A DNA stretch of 64,000 nucleotides from Lama glama (Eukaryota), in NCBI GenBank assembly GCA_028534125.1, contig CM052816.1, positions 50,594,001 to 50,658,000 on the forward strand, given 5' to 3'. Positions 1-11,397 of the stretch are shown here, piece by piece (positions within the stretch are counted from its first letter, which is position 1; every line of letters begins with the position of its first letter). The notes below the pieces were generated by a model. It was given only the letters and a program-made list of their open reading frames with translations. It ran no database searches and had not been told where the DNA came from. A program made the translations under genes and the position numbers.

Positions 1-2
1 GC

Positions 3-205
3 TTTTTTTTTTTAATTGAAGTATAGTCGGTTTACAATGTAGTGTTAATGTCTGTGTACAGCATAGTGATTCAGTAATACAAATACATATATACACTCTT
101 TTTCATTATAGGCTATTATATGGTATTGAATATAGTTCCTTGTGCTATGCAGTAGGAACTTGCTGTTTATCTATTTTATATGTAGTAGTTAGTATGTGCA
201 AATCC
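3..205 (-). mobile_element. L1 3' end (artiodactyl-type 3'UTR, 5'-truncated)
   Basis: Poly-T followed by 'aattgaagtatagt..tttacaatgt..tgaatatagttccttgtgctatgcagtagg', the reverse complement of the cetartiodactyl L1 3' terminus; same family as 7051, 20124, 37415, 61639. Confidence 0.85.
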
Positions 206-219
206 AAAAATTCAATGTT

Positions 220-870
220 TTATTCATTCAAAAAACATTTCTTGAGTGTCTGTTACGTGCCAGTTACTGTGCTAAGGGACTGAGGATGTAGCAAGCAGTG
301 CTTGTACCTCTGGGGCTTGCAGCGATGGTGAGGTTGGCCTTAACCAAAGAGTATACAAGAGCAAGGTGGGCCCTGCATGTGTCTCTCTTCGTTAAATACT
401 TTTTTTCACTGCAGCCTTCTATTATGGTACTTATTGGCTATATTCAAGTCCTCCTGTCACTTTATATTTAAATACAATGACTATTCATCAATTCATTCAT
501 TCATTCATTATTCTTTCAATAAATATCATTTGAGTGCCTCTATCATCTTTCTAACAATTGAGGGATAGAAAAATGAGCTAGTTCTGCCCTCAAGCATCTT
601 ATGTTCTAGTGTGTCTATGTGTATACCCTATGGCGGTGATGCCACCAGTGAGAGTTATGGAAGTTCGGATAAAGGAGTGATTATTTCCAGCTGACAGGAT
701 CAGGAAAAGCTTCATAGATGAAGAGTCTGTAAATGAGACTTTGTGATTAATGAGATTGTGAACATATGGCAAAAAGAGAAAGATACCCCAGGTAAAGGAC
801 AGGAGAACAAAGGCATAAAATTGGGAACTCAGGGAGAATCCACAAAGCAAGAGCAAGCATTCAGTTTGGC
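220..870 (-). mobile_element. L2 LINE fragments (two 3' ends, ~220-330 and ~483-870)
   Basis: 'ttcattcaaaaaacatttcttgagtgtctg..gtgcca' and 'ttcattcattcattc..aataaatatcatttgagtgcct' are antisense L2 3' termini. Confidence 0.65.
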
Positions 871-1234
871 CAACTTCTTACCCCACTTCTGATGGGTCGG
901 TTGGGAAGGGTGAAGAGGAATAAAGAGAAAAAGAGGAATGTTAAAAGCAACTCAGAGATACTTGTTGCCAAGGACCACCACAGAATCCTCACCTATTTGG
1001 AAGCATCTTTCATGAAACATGTTCTACAACACCACCCCCATGGTGCTGGTCCTCTATGTGCCAATTCTCTTACACTATACCTAGCTACTCAGGAATGTAC
1101 AACATTAAACACGACAGACGCTAGGGCCAAATCGTCAACAATAGTTGGAAACATGTAACTTGGAAAAACAGGTCCTCATTTTGAAATTGAGTCCCAGACA
1201 AAACTTCTGTGATTTTAGATTTGGTGATGAACGA

Positions 1235-1263
1235 TGAACTTGTACCAAGTTCACCAAAGTTCA
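1235..1263. promoter_or_regulatory. Candidate nuclear-receptor response element (ER7 + DR4 of AGTTCA)
   Basis: TGAACT(1235-1240)-n7-AGTTCA(1248-1253)-n4-AGTTCA(1258-1263), three perfect half-sites in repeat-free DNA. Confidence 0.35.
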
Positions 1264-1747
1264 CTTGCAGGGATCCTGGAGAGAGTTAGGAGGAAATCAG
1301 AACCAGCCGAGGTGGCAGTCTGTATACATACATTCATAGGTACAGACCAACCTGCCCCAGTCCTTTGTAGCTTCAGATGGAAACCACAGGAAATGCCATG
1401 GCGTTACACAGCTTTCGCTGGATGCCTGGCCAGTCCAGTGCCTTCTATTTGATCCTGCGCTGACTGCAGGGTGCACATCCTGCCCACAGAAAGTAAGAAG
1501 CTTGAAGAATTAGGTGGGCCCGAACTATTGCACTGTCCCGACTGCCCAAACCTACATTCTGCAAAATTTCTGACAGATGTGATCACCTCACATTTCCATG
1601 TAAATGAGAGCATGAAAGGGGAAATTTGACCTGCTGGAGCTTCCATGATTGGATTTTTCCAGTTGGCATCAACTTCTGTTGCTAGAGGGAATTATTTTAA
1701 AAAGGGGGAAAAAAAAGGCATGAGAGGGAGAAAATGTCTTATCTTAC

Positions 1748-1767
1748 TTCAACAAGATCCGTTTCAT
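1748..1767 (-). CDS. Candidate short first coding exon (MKRILL + phase-2 donor)
   Basis: Minus strand gcaATG AAA CGG ATC TTG TTG AA|GTAAGA; no homology recognised. Confidence 0.15.
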
Positions 1768-2847
1768 TGCAGGTTATCAATTATGTTAGCATGTTGATTC
1801 ACCTGTAGAATGTGTACATTTAATCACAGTTCTGAATTGTTTCGTGGGTAGTATTTAACTTACCAAAGAATAAAAGCTGTGACTGCTAATGCCTTAAGTG
1901 CACTTTTCCTGGTCAAAGAAATCTTTAAAAAAAAAAGTTCAGCATTGCCTCTCTTGGGACTTTTCTCTTTTATACAAGCCAAAGATGCAAAGAGATGCTA
2001 ACAAGCTTCCTATTTGAATATGCTTGAATAACTGAGGTGATGTTTTGGTACTTTGCTTAAGGAACACTAGACAGAAAGTCATGTGTAGTGTGGTTTAATA
2101 TGTATTTATCACATCGACTGAAAATGTATCTGAGCTTCGTATCCTCACTCCCTGCACAGTACAGTAAAAAGTTACTTAGGTCCTAAAATGGTAGTACATT
2201 TTTTTAAAAAAGCACTTCCATTGTCACATGAATGAAAGGTACAAATGAGGGCAATGTGTTTTAATGTTGTAAAACAAGCTTGAGAAGCAGGCATCAAAAT
2301 GAATCTATTTTTAAAGGTCTGCATTTCACACTGAGTGATTATGTGCATGTTATTGCTCATTTGCAAGGTCTGGGACAAAGGAGTACGATATCGCTCTCCC
2401 TCCAGGCTGCGGCCATTCAGTGTATTTCAGACATTTTGGCTCCAAAAGGAAAGAGGGAAAAAAGTTCCTTGTATGTGTTCTAATACACATTATTTCAATA
2501 TCTAAGATGTCTATCCCTGTAACAACAAAGTTTACTCATTTTTTTCCCAAGTGACTTGCCTTCTTAGTTTAAACCATCAGGTTAAAAAGAAAAAAGAAAA
2601 AGGTGAGGGGGAAAAAAGACCACCTATCCTTTTAAAAAAGGTGCAATCATTGATTTTCTTGCAATGTTTCACAAGAAAGTGGCACCAGTGAGTGATGTGC
2701 GCACCCCAGGGCTAGCAGCTGGAGGGCAAAAACCACTTTTTATCCATGATTGACAAATAATACATAATGAGACTAGAGAGGCAATTCAAGTTTTAAATTT
2801 CACTCTCTTTTTGGCTTTTCAGGGCAGCTGGGCACTGCTGTTCTTAC

Positions 2848-3029
2848 TCGGTAACCTTTGAGGTGCTGCCAGGAAAGGGGACTCGAGTGACAATTGTTTT
2901 GCTCCTCCCACAATCCCCCAAAGCTCTACAAATATGTGCGGCTTGCTCTTTCAAAGAGGACCCAGCTGCTAACAATTCCACCGTTTCTCCTCGGAATGAA
3001 AATCCTGGGGGTCTGGAAATGTATTGCAT
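2848..3029 (-). CDS. Candidate alternative first coding exon, 60 codons + 2 nt (MQYISRPPGFSFRGETVELLAAG...STSKVT)
   Basis: Kozak-like accATG at 3029, open frame to CGA|GTAAGA donor at 2847; the ORF-track stop is the TAA inside the donor; GC-box and CCAAT motifs just upstream; protein not recognised. Confidence 0.35.
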
Positions 3030-3059
3030 GGTTATAATGACCACGGTAGAATCAGACTG

Positions 3060-3180
3060 AGATTTAAAATCGCTCCAAGTGGCGTCTCAAGGCGGGGAGA
3101 CCGGGGCGAGCTGATGAGGAAGCAGATGGAGAGAGAGGAGTAGGAAGAGTCTACTAAGAAGAAAAACCCAATCAGAGCTC
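3060..3180 (-). promoter_or_regulatory. Promoter-like patch upstream of the candidate exon
   Basis: Local CpG retention, GGCGGGGA and GGGGCGAG GC-box-like motifs (~3091-3110), CCAATCAG (~3168-3175). Confidence 0.3.
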
Positions 3181-3980
3181 CATCGCTTTCATAAATGAGC
3201 TTTATGAAGTAGTGTGGTAGATAGTCAAAATTCTTACATTTTACAAAATTAAGACGTGTTTGATGTAAATCATTTAAGAAACATGTAGGAGAAAAATCAT
3301 CACATGGAAGTAAAAAACTAGAGATAGCTGATGTTAACATTTCTGGTCTCTTTAGAATTTTTTTCTACATTTCTGTACCTCTAGCTCTATATTTTTTCTA
3401 TGTCAGCATTCATGTCCATCTCTTCATCTCCCTGTAACTATACCTACATATACTGCGCATACATACAGTATATATCCTTATGTACCTGCGTTCATCTATC
3501 AACATAAATGGCTATGCAATGTGGTCTTTCTTCCTAATCCCTCTGCCTCCAACCAAAATTGTTTTCCCTCTGGGTTTTCCATCACAACCACAAATGACAA
3601 TTCTATCCTTCCAAATAATACTGATCAGGCCTAAAATCTTGGATCCATCCTCTACTCCTCTTTTTCTCTCACACGCTGCTTCTAATGCATCAGCAAGATC
3701 TGCTGACTCAATCCTCAGTATTTATTCAGAATCCAACCGGTTCTAATCTCCTCCTTTCTACCACCCTGGACCAGCCATCCTCATCTTTTACACGTGTTCT
3801 TGTGACAGCCTCTTAACTGGTCTCTGTGCTTCTGCCCTGATCTCCTTCTCCTCAAACACAACGGCTAGGCTGAGCCTTAATAAATGTGTTAGATCATTCA
3901 CTCTTCTGCACTGGGATCTTTAATGGCTCCCCATCTCATTAAGAGTAAAATCCAGAGTTTATACAATCGCTAAATTTACT

Positions 3981-4160
3981 CAGGGTCTTTCAGTGGGGGT
4001 GATGTTGGCATTTGGGCAAACAGTTTCCTGCTACGCAAAACGTCCTACAGAGTATCTCTGCTCTCCTGAGGTGCCAGGAGGGTCCCAACTAAAAAATACC
4101 TCTCCCCCACATTTCCAAATGCATCCTGAGGGGAAATGCCCCCCATGTTGGAGAACCAAG
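3981..4160 (-). mobile_element. MER20/MER20B-like hAT-Charlie relic
   Basis: 'cagggtctttca..ttggcatttgggc..aaaaatacctctcccccacatttccaaatg..ttggagaacca' resembles reverse MER20-family sequence. Confidence 0.55.
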
Positions 4161-4387
4161 AACCATTTTGACTTCCCTACCCACAATCCTCTCTTAAATC
4201 ATTTCCACCTACTTCCCCTGTTGCAGCCTTGCTGCTCATTGGGTAGACTAAGAATTTTAGTATCAGGGCGCCTTGTACTTGCTAAAATCTTTACATAGAT
4301 ATCATCAGCTCAGCAAGGCAGCCTTCTTGCTCACCACTTCATATCCCTTCACTCTACTCTATTTTGGTTTCTTAGCACTTATCACTA

Positions 4388-4435
4388 TTTATTTTTTATT
4401 TTTTTATTTTTTGTGGGGGTGGTAATTGAGTATTT

Positions 4436-4471
<36 letters not shown>

Positions 4472-4548
4472 TGGAGGTACTGGGGATTGAACCCAGGACC
4501 TCATGCATGGTAAGCATACACTCTGCCACTAAGCTATTCCCTCCCCCC
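4388..4548 (-). mobile_element. Vic-1-type camelid tRNA-derived SINE
   Basis: Reverse strand reads GGGGAGGGAATAGCTTAGTGGCAGAGTGTATGCTTACCATGCATGAGGTCCTGGGTTCAATCCCCAGTACCTCCAT (A and B boxes), then (TAAA)n, AATTACCACCCCC and an A-rich tail. Confidence 0.85.
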
Positions 4549-4745
4549 TTGACTGCTTTATTAATGTTGGTCATTATGGTCTAGTGTTCTGCCTCACTAG
4601 AATGTAAACTCCATGAGGGCAGAGGTTCACATCTCTCCCTCAATTATTTAGAGCTCTGCTGGCACACAGTAGGCACTCAATAAATAATGATCATGAGAGA
4701 TTTACAAAATGGAAGTATTTTAATATATTGTGTAATTTACTAAAT

Positions 4746-4910
4746 CAGTAGTTCTTAATCTTTTTTATGTCAGGAAACTTTCTGAAGATTCAGTGGAAGC
4801 TATGGGTCCTCTCCCAGGGAAAGTGTCGATTCCTGTATATGCACGTGCACTTGAGGGAGTCAGTCTTTTTATCCCCCACAGTATTCTTCTAGACAGGTGA
4901 AAAACTAACA
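4746..4910 (+). mobile_element. hAT-Charlie MER-type relic (subfamily unresolved)
   Basis: Starts 'cagtagttcttaatcttttt', contains 'gaagctatgggtcctctcccaggga', ends in a degenerate inverted terminus. Confidence 0.45.
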
Positions 4911-5099
4911 ATAGAGTTGAGTGGATCATTGACAGATAAATGGCTATTCTCAAAAAATATTGAGGGACCAGCTTCAATATGCAAACTAGGAAGGAGGACC
5001 TGAAGTAAGGTCCTTTCCTACTCTACTCATTTTCCAGTGGCCTGGAGGAAAAGATTAACTACAGACACAGCGGATCTGTAGAGATAGAAATCAAGAAGA

Positions 5100-5650
5100 G
5101 CACGTTCTAGAATCAAATCCAAAGAGACCCTGACAGTTCGGAATAATGGGCCAATATAAACCTGATGAGATTTAACAGGGATAAATAAGAAGTCTGGGAG
5201 TCCAATTGTGGAAGCACATGGTGGTGAAGATGAGGTTTAAGAGAACTTGGGAGTTCCAGTCAAGAGCAATCATGGTGTGAGTCAACAGAGGTTTGCAGCT
5301 GCCAAAACAACTAGTTAAACTTTGAGACTGCATAAATAAAGTCATAGCAATGAAGTGACTCAGTATACTCTGCTATGCTTTGATGGACCAGACAATACCT
5401 GGAATGCCATGGCCAGTTTGGGGTGCCAAGAACTGTGGTGGAATGTAACGAACCAGAGAAGACTTAACCAGGGGATGATGAGAGTATTACTAACCAGAAA
5501 CTGTAGGTGTTTCACTTGAAGAACATTACACTTTGAGGTAACATGATCATCATCTTCAAATATTAAAAAAAAAAAAAAGACTATCACGTGTGATTATTGT
5601 TACTCTGGAGGGAAAATGAAGGACCAAGGAGAGGAAATTATATTAAATCA
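5100..5650 (+). mobile_element. CR1/L3 LINE fragment
   Basis: 'gtgagtcaacagaggtttgcagctgccaaaac..gactgcataaataaagtcatag..cctggaatgccatggccagtttggggtgcc' matches the CR1 RT C-terminal region. Confidence 0.65.
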
Positions 5651-6579
5651 TCTTTTCCCTACAAGAGAAAACGAATGCTTTTGAAGTACAAATTGTGAAA
5701 TTTTAAATGTGCTGGCCCTCATTGGAGAGCTGAGGATTTTAAAATCAACTTGGTAGGAATGTCATAAAATAATTAAAGCATTGGATTGCCTTTCTTTAGA
5801 TCCCTGCTAGCTATGGAATTCAGTCACCTGCTTTGCATTCTGCTCCCCCGGCTAGTAGGTAGTTTCCCTGGTAATGTCTCAGTGTGACATCCTGTAGCTC
5901 CAGTGACAGTTTTCTTTATGTGTATAGAACTTCTCTATATTTCCATTAATAAGCCTGAATGTAATGACTGACTTAACTTCGGCTTAAGGTGTTCCTACCT
6001 GAAGAGGGTGGGTTACTCTTTCAGAGATGGTTAAGAAAATTGCTTTCCCCAGGCATTTGATGAAATAGGTATAGAACTCTGGGTGGAGGTAATGAATCTT
6101 AGGGACTTCTTTCCTGAAGGAAAAAGGATCAATATTTCTAGTAGGAACTGCAAGTGTAAAGGCATAGCACTCAACAGGTATCACAAACCAGTATAGCACC
6201 CCTCCACCCTGCATAAGACCGCCAGGAACAGTGGACCGTGGCACACCACACAGCCTGCACCTTACTGAAGATGGGCACAGTTTATCAACTCTAAATGTCA
6301 CGTGGCAGGGCAGAGTTCGTGTTGCTAGATTTACCCATTTTCAGGAAGACCTAGAAATTCAGATTTTCGCATAAGATCTTCTGATTTAAAATGATGGCAA
6401 ACAGTTCAAATTAAAAAGTAAACCCCCAAAGAACAAGCCCCGTGCTGTCTAACGATAGACATCTGTCTTTCAGTGCGTCACAAACGACCAGTTTGTGATC
6501 GCCACTGAGTTTCTGGGTTCTCTCTAAAGTTGGCTTCATCTTACAATGCGCCCCTGGTTTTCCAGAAAATCAATTTTTT

Positions 6580-7050
6580 AACTAAATTCAACCAATATTT
6601 TTGAGCCCCTGCCTGATAAGTGAAAATAGTTTGTTAGATATTTGGAAAAATGAACATGGATAGCAATAATCTTTGTTCTCAACGTTTACAGTTTTGTAGT
6701 CAAGTTAAAACAAATGCCAATACAACTACAATTTAAGAACCACATGCAATTTTATGAGTAGACCAATAATGGACTGATTGGAGAATAACTGAGGACTGGA
6801 GGGATCAGGGAAAGGTGCATTAAGAAGGACCATTTGTGGTTCACCGCAGAATATTTTCATGAATGATAAATGAAGTGGGGAGATGTTCTAAAGGGGAGAA
6901 AAGAAAAGGATAAAAGGTACAGTGAGAGTCAGTAATAAGGACTTAAGGAACCAGGGTTTAAATACTAGTTTACCTGGAACAAAGGATAGGTGTTGGGGAT
7001 TTGCATGAGAAAATTTCTAAGGAAGGTTAGAAATCAATGGTAGGCTACAG
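6580..7050 (-). mobile_element. L2 LINE fragment
   Basis: Begins 'attcaaccaatatttttgagcccct' followed by a purine-rich antisense L2 body. Confidence 0.5.
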
Positions 7051-7139
7051 TTTTTTTTTTTCCCATTTTTTTTCTTGATTGAAGTAGAGTTGATTTACAA
7101 TGTTGTATTAGTTTCTGGTGGACAGCATAGTGATTCAGT

Positions 7140-7184
<45 letters not shown>

Positions 7185-7285
7185 TTTTTCTTTTTCCACA
7201 TTCCTTTTCATCACAGGTTACTACAAGCCATTGGATATAGTTCCCTGTGCTATGAGTAGGACCTTGTTGTTTATTTGTTCTGTAC
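7051..7285 (-). mobile_element. L1 3' end (artiodactyl-type) with internal (CA)n expansion
   Basis: Poly-T, 'ttgaagtagagttgatttacaatgttgt..gatatagttccctgtgctat'. Confidence 0.85.
7143..7177. repeat. (AC)17 microsatellite
   Basis: Perfect dinucleotide run inside the L1 3' end. Confidence 0.95.
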
Positions 7286-8609
7286 ATTGGGATGAGCAGA
7301 TACAAAGAGTCTTGATTTAATTTAATATGCTATCTATAAGAGGCTGCATGATGTCATTGAAAGTGGCAAGTATTCCAGGCTCCAGTCTCAGCAGTATTAC
7401 CTGTGAGTTGGGTACTCCTGAACAAATCTTTTAAATTTCCTACACGCCATTTTACTGCTTATCGTAGAAGGCATAACCTACTTCAAAATGTGGTGTGAAA
7501 CATAAATTCTATCAGTAAACCAATTCTTGGGAACCATGTGAATTAGTTATTATTAGTGATGGGCATGCACTGAAGGTTTGGGACCAGGGGCAGGATGTGT
7601 TAGAAGCTGTGCTTTGGGGAATTAGGCTGGCAGTTATGCTTTGAATGCATTGTGAGACAGGCAAATAGGCCACTGGATAATCAATTCATTTGCAATAAAC
7701 ATATTTTCGAATACATAATAATACATGTATAGCCTTTGAAAGTGAAAAATTCCAAGGGGTTTGGAGGGAGAAGCAAAGTAAGCCCCGACCACCCAGCTAT
7801 CTTTCCCTGAGGCAATTGCAATGGCCAGTTTTTATGTTTTCTCCCAGAGATGATCAACTTATTTATAAACACCCATGTATGAGCTATTTAGGTTTTGGAG
7901 CGATCACCAATTCAGTTTAGGAGGAAAACTTCATTTCTGATGTGGTGTGAGCCTGAATTTCATTTCAAACTGACTCGTTGAGGAGGCCAGACTGCAAAAT
8001 GTGTGGAATGTGGAGGAGCCGCCCTGGGAGGTCACCTGGGGGCTGAGGGATTTCCAGGTCACCAGCACGTCTCTTGCTTTCTCCCTGGGGTAGGCTGACC
8101 CAGGATTTGAAAAGTATTAACCTTTTCGCTATTAAGAACACTTCTATGCTTTTGAGTTGCATCTAAAAGTCTGGAAGATGTTGGGTGGTCTCTGGTGATT
8201 CATTTTAGGCCCTTTGGAATTTGAAGATGCAGCTGAGGATGAGAAAGAAAGGAGATGAAAGAGCTCAAAGAGTTATTTTATATTGAGAAATTGTTGTGTA
8301 AAACTCTTCAGTGCCTTTATTAACCTCTGTAACTCAACTCCACTGAATTTGTCTAATCTTTTCTTCCCGTTCGACCTTGTCCAAACTTCAGACTAAGTCT
8401 GGGCAGTTACTTTTAAAGGCCTGAATATATGCCATGGGGAGTCCAGCAACTATGCCTTCACTTGGGCTGGTCCTCTTTCCTAAAATGCCTCTCTCCATTC
8501 TTCTTGATTTAGAAGTCTTCAAAGTGTTCATCAAGTTTGTCTTATTCCATGAAGGTCGAATACCTTAGTAGCTAAGCTAAGCAACATGGTAGGACCTGAC
8601 AGTATATGC

Positions 8610-8790
8610 TCACTTCCCAATTCTGCTTTTTACTAACTTTTCAACTTTGGCAAGTTAATCTCTCTAAGCCTCAATTTCTTTGTCTGTAAAATATTGATGA
8701 TAATGACCGGAATTTATAGGTTTGTTGTGGGATTAAATGATACGTTATTAAACATATCTGGTACAAGGTAAAGTTTCAATAGATGTTAGC
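8610..8790 (+). mobile_element. MIR SINE
   Basis: Core 'ggcaagttaatctctctaagcctcaatttctttgtctgtaaaat..ttgttgtgggattaaatga'. Confidence 0.75.
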
Positions 8791-9869
8791 ATGATGTTAG
8801 TATGGCTTCTGTAATTTCTCTAAAGGACACAATTCTCCTCATCTGATCTTTTCTACATTAGTATGCCCTGATTCACAATTAGGTGGTTAAGTAAATGCCA
8901 TCTTTTATTGTGTATTAATTGTTCCTTGTATTTTTGGATTGATGTCCTTAAATGGATTTTAAATTATTTGAGGGCAAGAACTATGGATTGTAATTCTTTC
9001 TAGGTATATAGCACTTGTTTAATAAATACTTAAATAATCAATTAATATAAACAATCATTTTTCAAAGTTAAATTAGTTTTGGAGAAAAGTCCAATTGCTT
9101 CTTTGGGGTAAAGATTTGTAAATGCTTTAAGAACAACTATAGGAAAGTGAATAAAAAGAAATTCTAAAATAGAAGAAATATTTCCTACTTTGATGCAGTC
9201 AATCACTGTCCAAAACACCATTTCCAGAAAGTCTGTGTTTTTCTTCTTGGCTTCATTAGACCTCTGAAAATCTTCATTTTTCATTTTTAAAAATTGTGGT
9301 AAACATTAACAGTAATATATAAGTCTTTTTGTAAGTAAAATCTCATTTCCAGGGAAATAATTTTTTGGTTCTGGACAGATCATTGGCTAAAATTAATCTG
9401 TGAATCATATGAGTATCTGGCATTCTATAGATCTTAATAGTATCCCACTCCTCAATGCCTGTCCCAAAGGTGAGTGCTTTCATGAGAAAACTTGTTTTTC
9501 CTCTTTAATGTTAGTTAGCATGAAATCTTCTGGTTTACATTTTTAAGAGGCAATATGCACCATTATATGTGCATGAAACATATTTGCAGAGGCCTCCTTT
9601 CTTACACTTGGACTTATCCCAGCCATTAAACTTACAGTTTAATCTTGTCCATGCCTTGTGACATGGTTGCTTGCCAGCAGTTTAAAAATTTTATAGCTCA
9701 AGCCAAGTTATTTAATACTTAAAACATTTGTACTTTTCTTCCAAGGGTATATCAGAAGGAGTATTTGTGTTTCAGGATCTTAACTAACTCAGTTAACACC
9801 TCTTGGAAAAATGAATGTGTAGATATTGGGAGAGGTAGAGGACACAGATGGTTGTCTACACAGAAGTAC

Positions 9870-10378
9870 ATCTTCTCCATTTTTTCCTTCCCCAGGGAAC
9901 CCCAATTCTGCTTCATTCATTACCCTTTTATTTTGCAGCCAAATACCTGAGGGGAAAATTGAACTTGAGTGAGCCATAATTCCAATACTTTACCACCTCA
10001 AACACTGGTACATAAGTGAGCATGCAACTCAATTTTAACCAAACACATTTCAGAGGGAATTTGCTGGGGGATTCAGAAAGAAGTTCTTTCTCTTTTATGA
10101 GAGAGTTATGAAAGCTAATTTTTCTCTTCTCTTGGCTGTGGTCATTTGTTGTTGTGGGGCTTGTATCTTCTGAAGCTATTCTGCTCCATCCTGAGGATCA
10201 CATTATGCAGACAGTGGGACAGAGCTGGGAAAACTGTAAGGGAATCCAACCAGAACCACTGGATAATGCCTCCTCCAAAGTTCCCCTTACCTCTGAATTT
10301 CCAGCTATGAAAGCCAACAGTTTCCTTGATGTTTAATCCATTCTGAGCTTTTTATTACTTGTGACTGAGAACATGGTA
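9870..10378 (+). mobile_element. MLT1-type (ERVL-MaLR) solo LTR, old
   Basis: 3' end 'cctctgaatttccagctatgaaagccaacagtttccttgatgtttaatcca..ttattacttgtgactgagaac'. Confidence 0.6.
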
Positions 10379-10450
10379 AATGCTAGAGAAATATTCTGAA
10401 TTTATGTACACAAGTATGTTAATGCAGTTATCATCACCTAAAGTGTGTAT

Positions 10451-10465
10451 AAAGATTTTGGGGTG
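10451..10465 (+). repeat. Left target-site duplication AAAGATTTTGGGGTG
   Basis: Exact 15-bp copy at 13427-13441. Confidence 0.9.
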
Positions 10466-11397
10466 AATTTTCCGGTCAAGATGGCAGAGTGGTAGGACTA
10501 CGAGCTTGCCTCTCCTCGCAACTACAATGAAACCACAACTGAATGCTAAACAACCATTGAAAAAAGACTGGACGCTAGCAAAGAAGATCTTCTGCAACTG
10601 GAAACATAAAGAGGGAACTACAGCAGGTATGGTAGGAGTGGCATGCTCGCAATATAATTGGGCCCCATACCCCTCAGGTGGGTGACTCACAAGCTGAAGA
10701 TTTGTTAAATCACAGAGGCCCTCCCACAGGAGTGAGAGCTCTAAGCCCCATGTTAGGCTCCCCAGCTCAGGTTCCAGCATTGGGAAGAGAAGGAGACCCC
10801 AGGACATCTGGTTTTGAAGGCCAGGGGGGCTTGGCTCTAGGAGCCTCATGGGACTAGGAGAAACAGAGACTCCAGTCACTTAGGAAGTGTACATGGAAAC
10901 TCATGCACACCAGGTCCAAGGGCAGAGGCAGTGATTTCATAGGAACCTGGGCCAGATCTGTCTGCTGGATTTGGAGGGTCTCCTGGGTATGTGGGGGATG
11001 GTTATGGCTCACTCAGGGGACACAGAAGCTGGTGGTATACATTCTGGGAGTGTTAATCTACATGAGCTTTCCTGGAGGCTGACATCTTGACTGGATCATT
11101 AGAACCAAGACCTAGCCCCACCCAACAGCCTGTAGAGAAGCCTCAGGCCAAACAACATACAGGGTGGGAACACAGCCACACCCATCATCCGACTACCTAA
11201 GCCACAAAGGCCTCTAGACACAGCCCTACCCACCAGAGGTCCAGGACCAAGCCTCACCCAGCAGTGGGCAGACACTGGCTCCTCCTGTATAAGCCTCTAG
11301 TCCAGCCTCATCCACCAGGGGCAGATACTAAAAATAAGAAAACAATAATCACAAAGCTTGTGGAAAGAATCCACAAACACATAGGAAGATAGACAAT

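Larger units (their letters stand above)
3500..4700 (+). mobile_element. L2 LINE 3' portion, interrupted by a MER20-like element and a Vic-1 SINE
   Basis: L2-like pyrimidine-rich body ending 'cactagaatgtaaactccatgagggcag..gcacacagtaggcactcaataaat'. Confidence 0.75.

Noticed and set aside
4470..4548. tRNA-like sequence with A and B boxes
   Set aside because: It is the head of a Vic-1-type SINE with its tail, not a tRNA gene.
9379..9475. Isolated strong plus-strand donors (AAG|GTGAGT ~9469; also ~19353, ~38844, ~60150)
   Set aside because: No recognisable coding frame or coherent exon chain; such hexamers are expected by chance in 64 kb.
10355..10879. 174-aa minus-strand ORF antisense to the L1 5'UTR (superficially ORF0-like)
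   Set aside because: Starts at GTG, lies in a CpG-decayed 5'UTR and runs across the TSD into unrelated flank; ORF0 is described for primate L1, and nothing here supports homology.
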